The translations under genes were made by a program, and so were the position numbers. The notes below the pieces were generated by a model. The model did not search any database. It had not been told where the DNA came from and saw nothing but the letters and a program-made list of their open reading frames with translations. A DNA stretch of 24,000 nt from an uncultured Anaeroplasmataceae bacterium (lineage in GTDB: Bacteria > Bacillota_I > Bacilli_A > Acholeplasmatales > Anaeroplasmataceae), in NCBI GenBank assembly GCA_910584005.1, contig CAJTXR010000002.1:83681-107680 (forward strand). Direction: 5' to 3'. This document shows positions 23,970 to 24,000 of this stretch, piece after piece; position 1 is the first letter of the stretch; each line of letters begins with the position of its first letter.

Positions 23970-24000
23970 ATGAAGCTAATTTAATTTGCAAAATATAATA

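Noticed and set aside
1-24000. Mollicutes-type genetic code (TGA = Trp), considered because of the very low GC content.
   Set aside because: All long genes are intact under the standard code and Trp is encoded by TGG (for example the WWW run at 4099-4107). No conserved protein is broken at a TGA.

Overview
This is a low-GC, Bacillota-like chromosomal window. It uses the standard genetic code, nearly all stops are TAA, and AGGAGG-type ribosome-binding sites are strong. PFOR and a radical SAM enzyme suggest an anaerobe. I support 21 protein-coding genes, 2 tRNA genes (Asp-GTC and Arg-ACG, minus strand), several rho-independent terminators and a few sigma-A-like promoters. I saw no CRISPR array, transposase or integrase.

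The right two thirds is ordinary housekeeping: M42 aminopeptidase, typA/bipA, a DUF4234/DUF2752 membrane pair, pepT, a cold-shock protein, dapA, pyruvate:ferredoxin oxidoreductase, pcp, nfo, and a heterodimeric ABC exporter with one degenerate ATP site.

The left third holds the unusual content:
1. A tightly packed six-gene operon (176-5097). It joins the classical NfeD-SPFH/stomatin pair to a radical SAM enzyme with a Twitch-like auxiliary-cluster motif. That enzyme is translationally coupled to a lipoprotein whose cytoplasmic tail carries HHHH-WWW and a (Cys-Ala)x5-GGG block. A polytopic membrane protein follows.
2. A translationally coupled pair (5268-7153) of a PAPS-reductase-like PP-loop ATPase and a ParB/Srx-like protein. 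It resembles IbrA/IbrB and DndC/DndB, has its own promoter with a palindromic operator candidate, and abuts the 3' end of a tRNA.
3. An orphan 362-aa gene (8569-9657) with an R-N-x4-H-x3-R-x2-N motif reminiscent of HEPN/Abi-type RNases.

All functional calls come from reading motifs by eye. No database search was possible.
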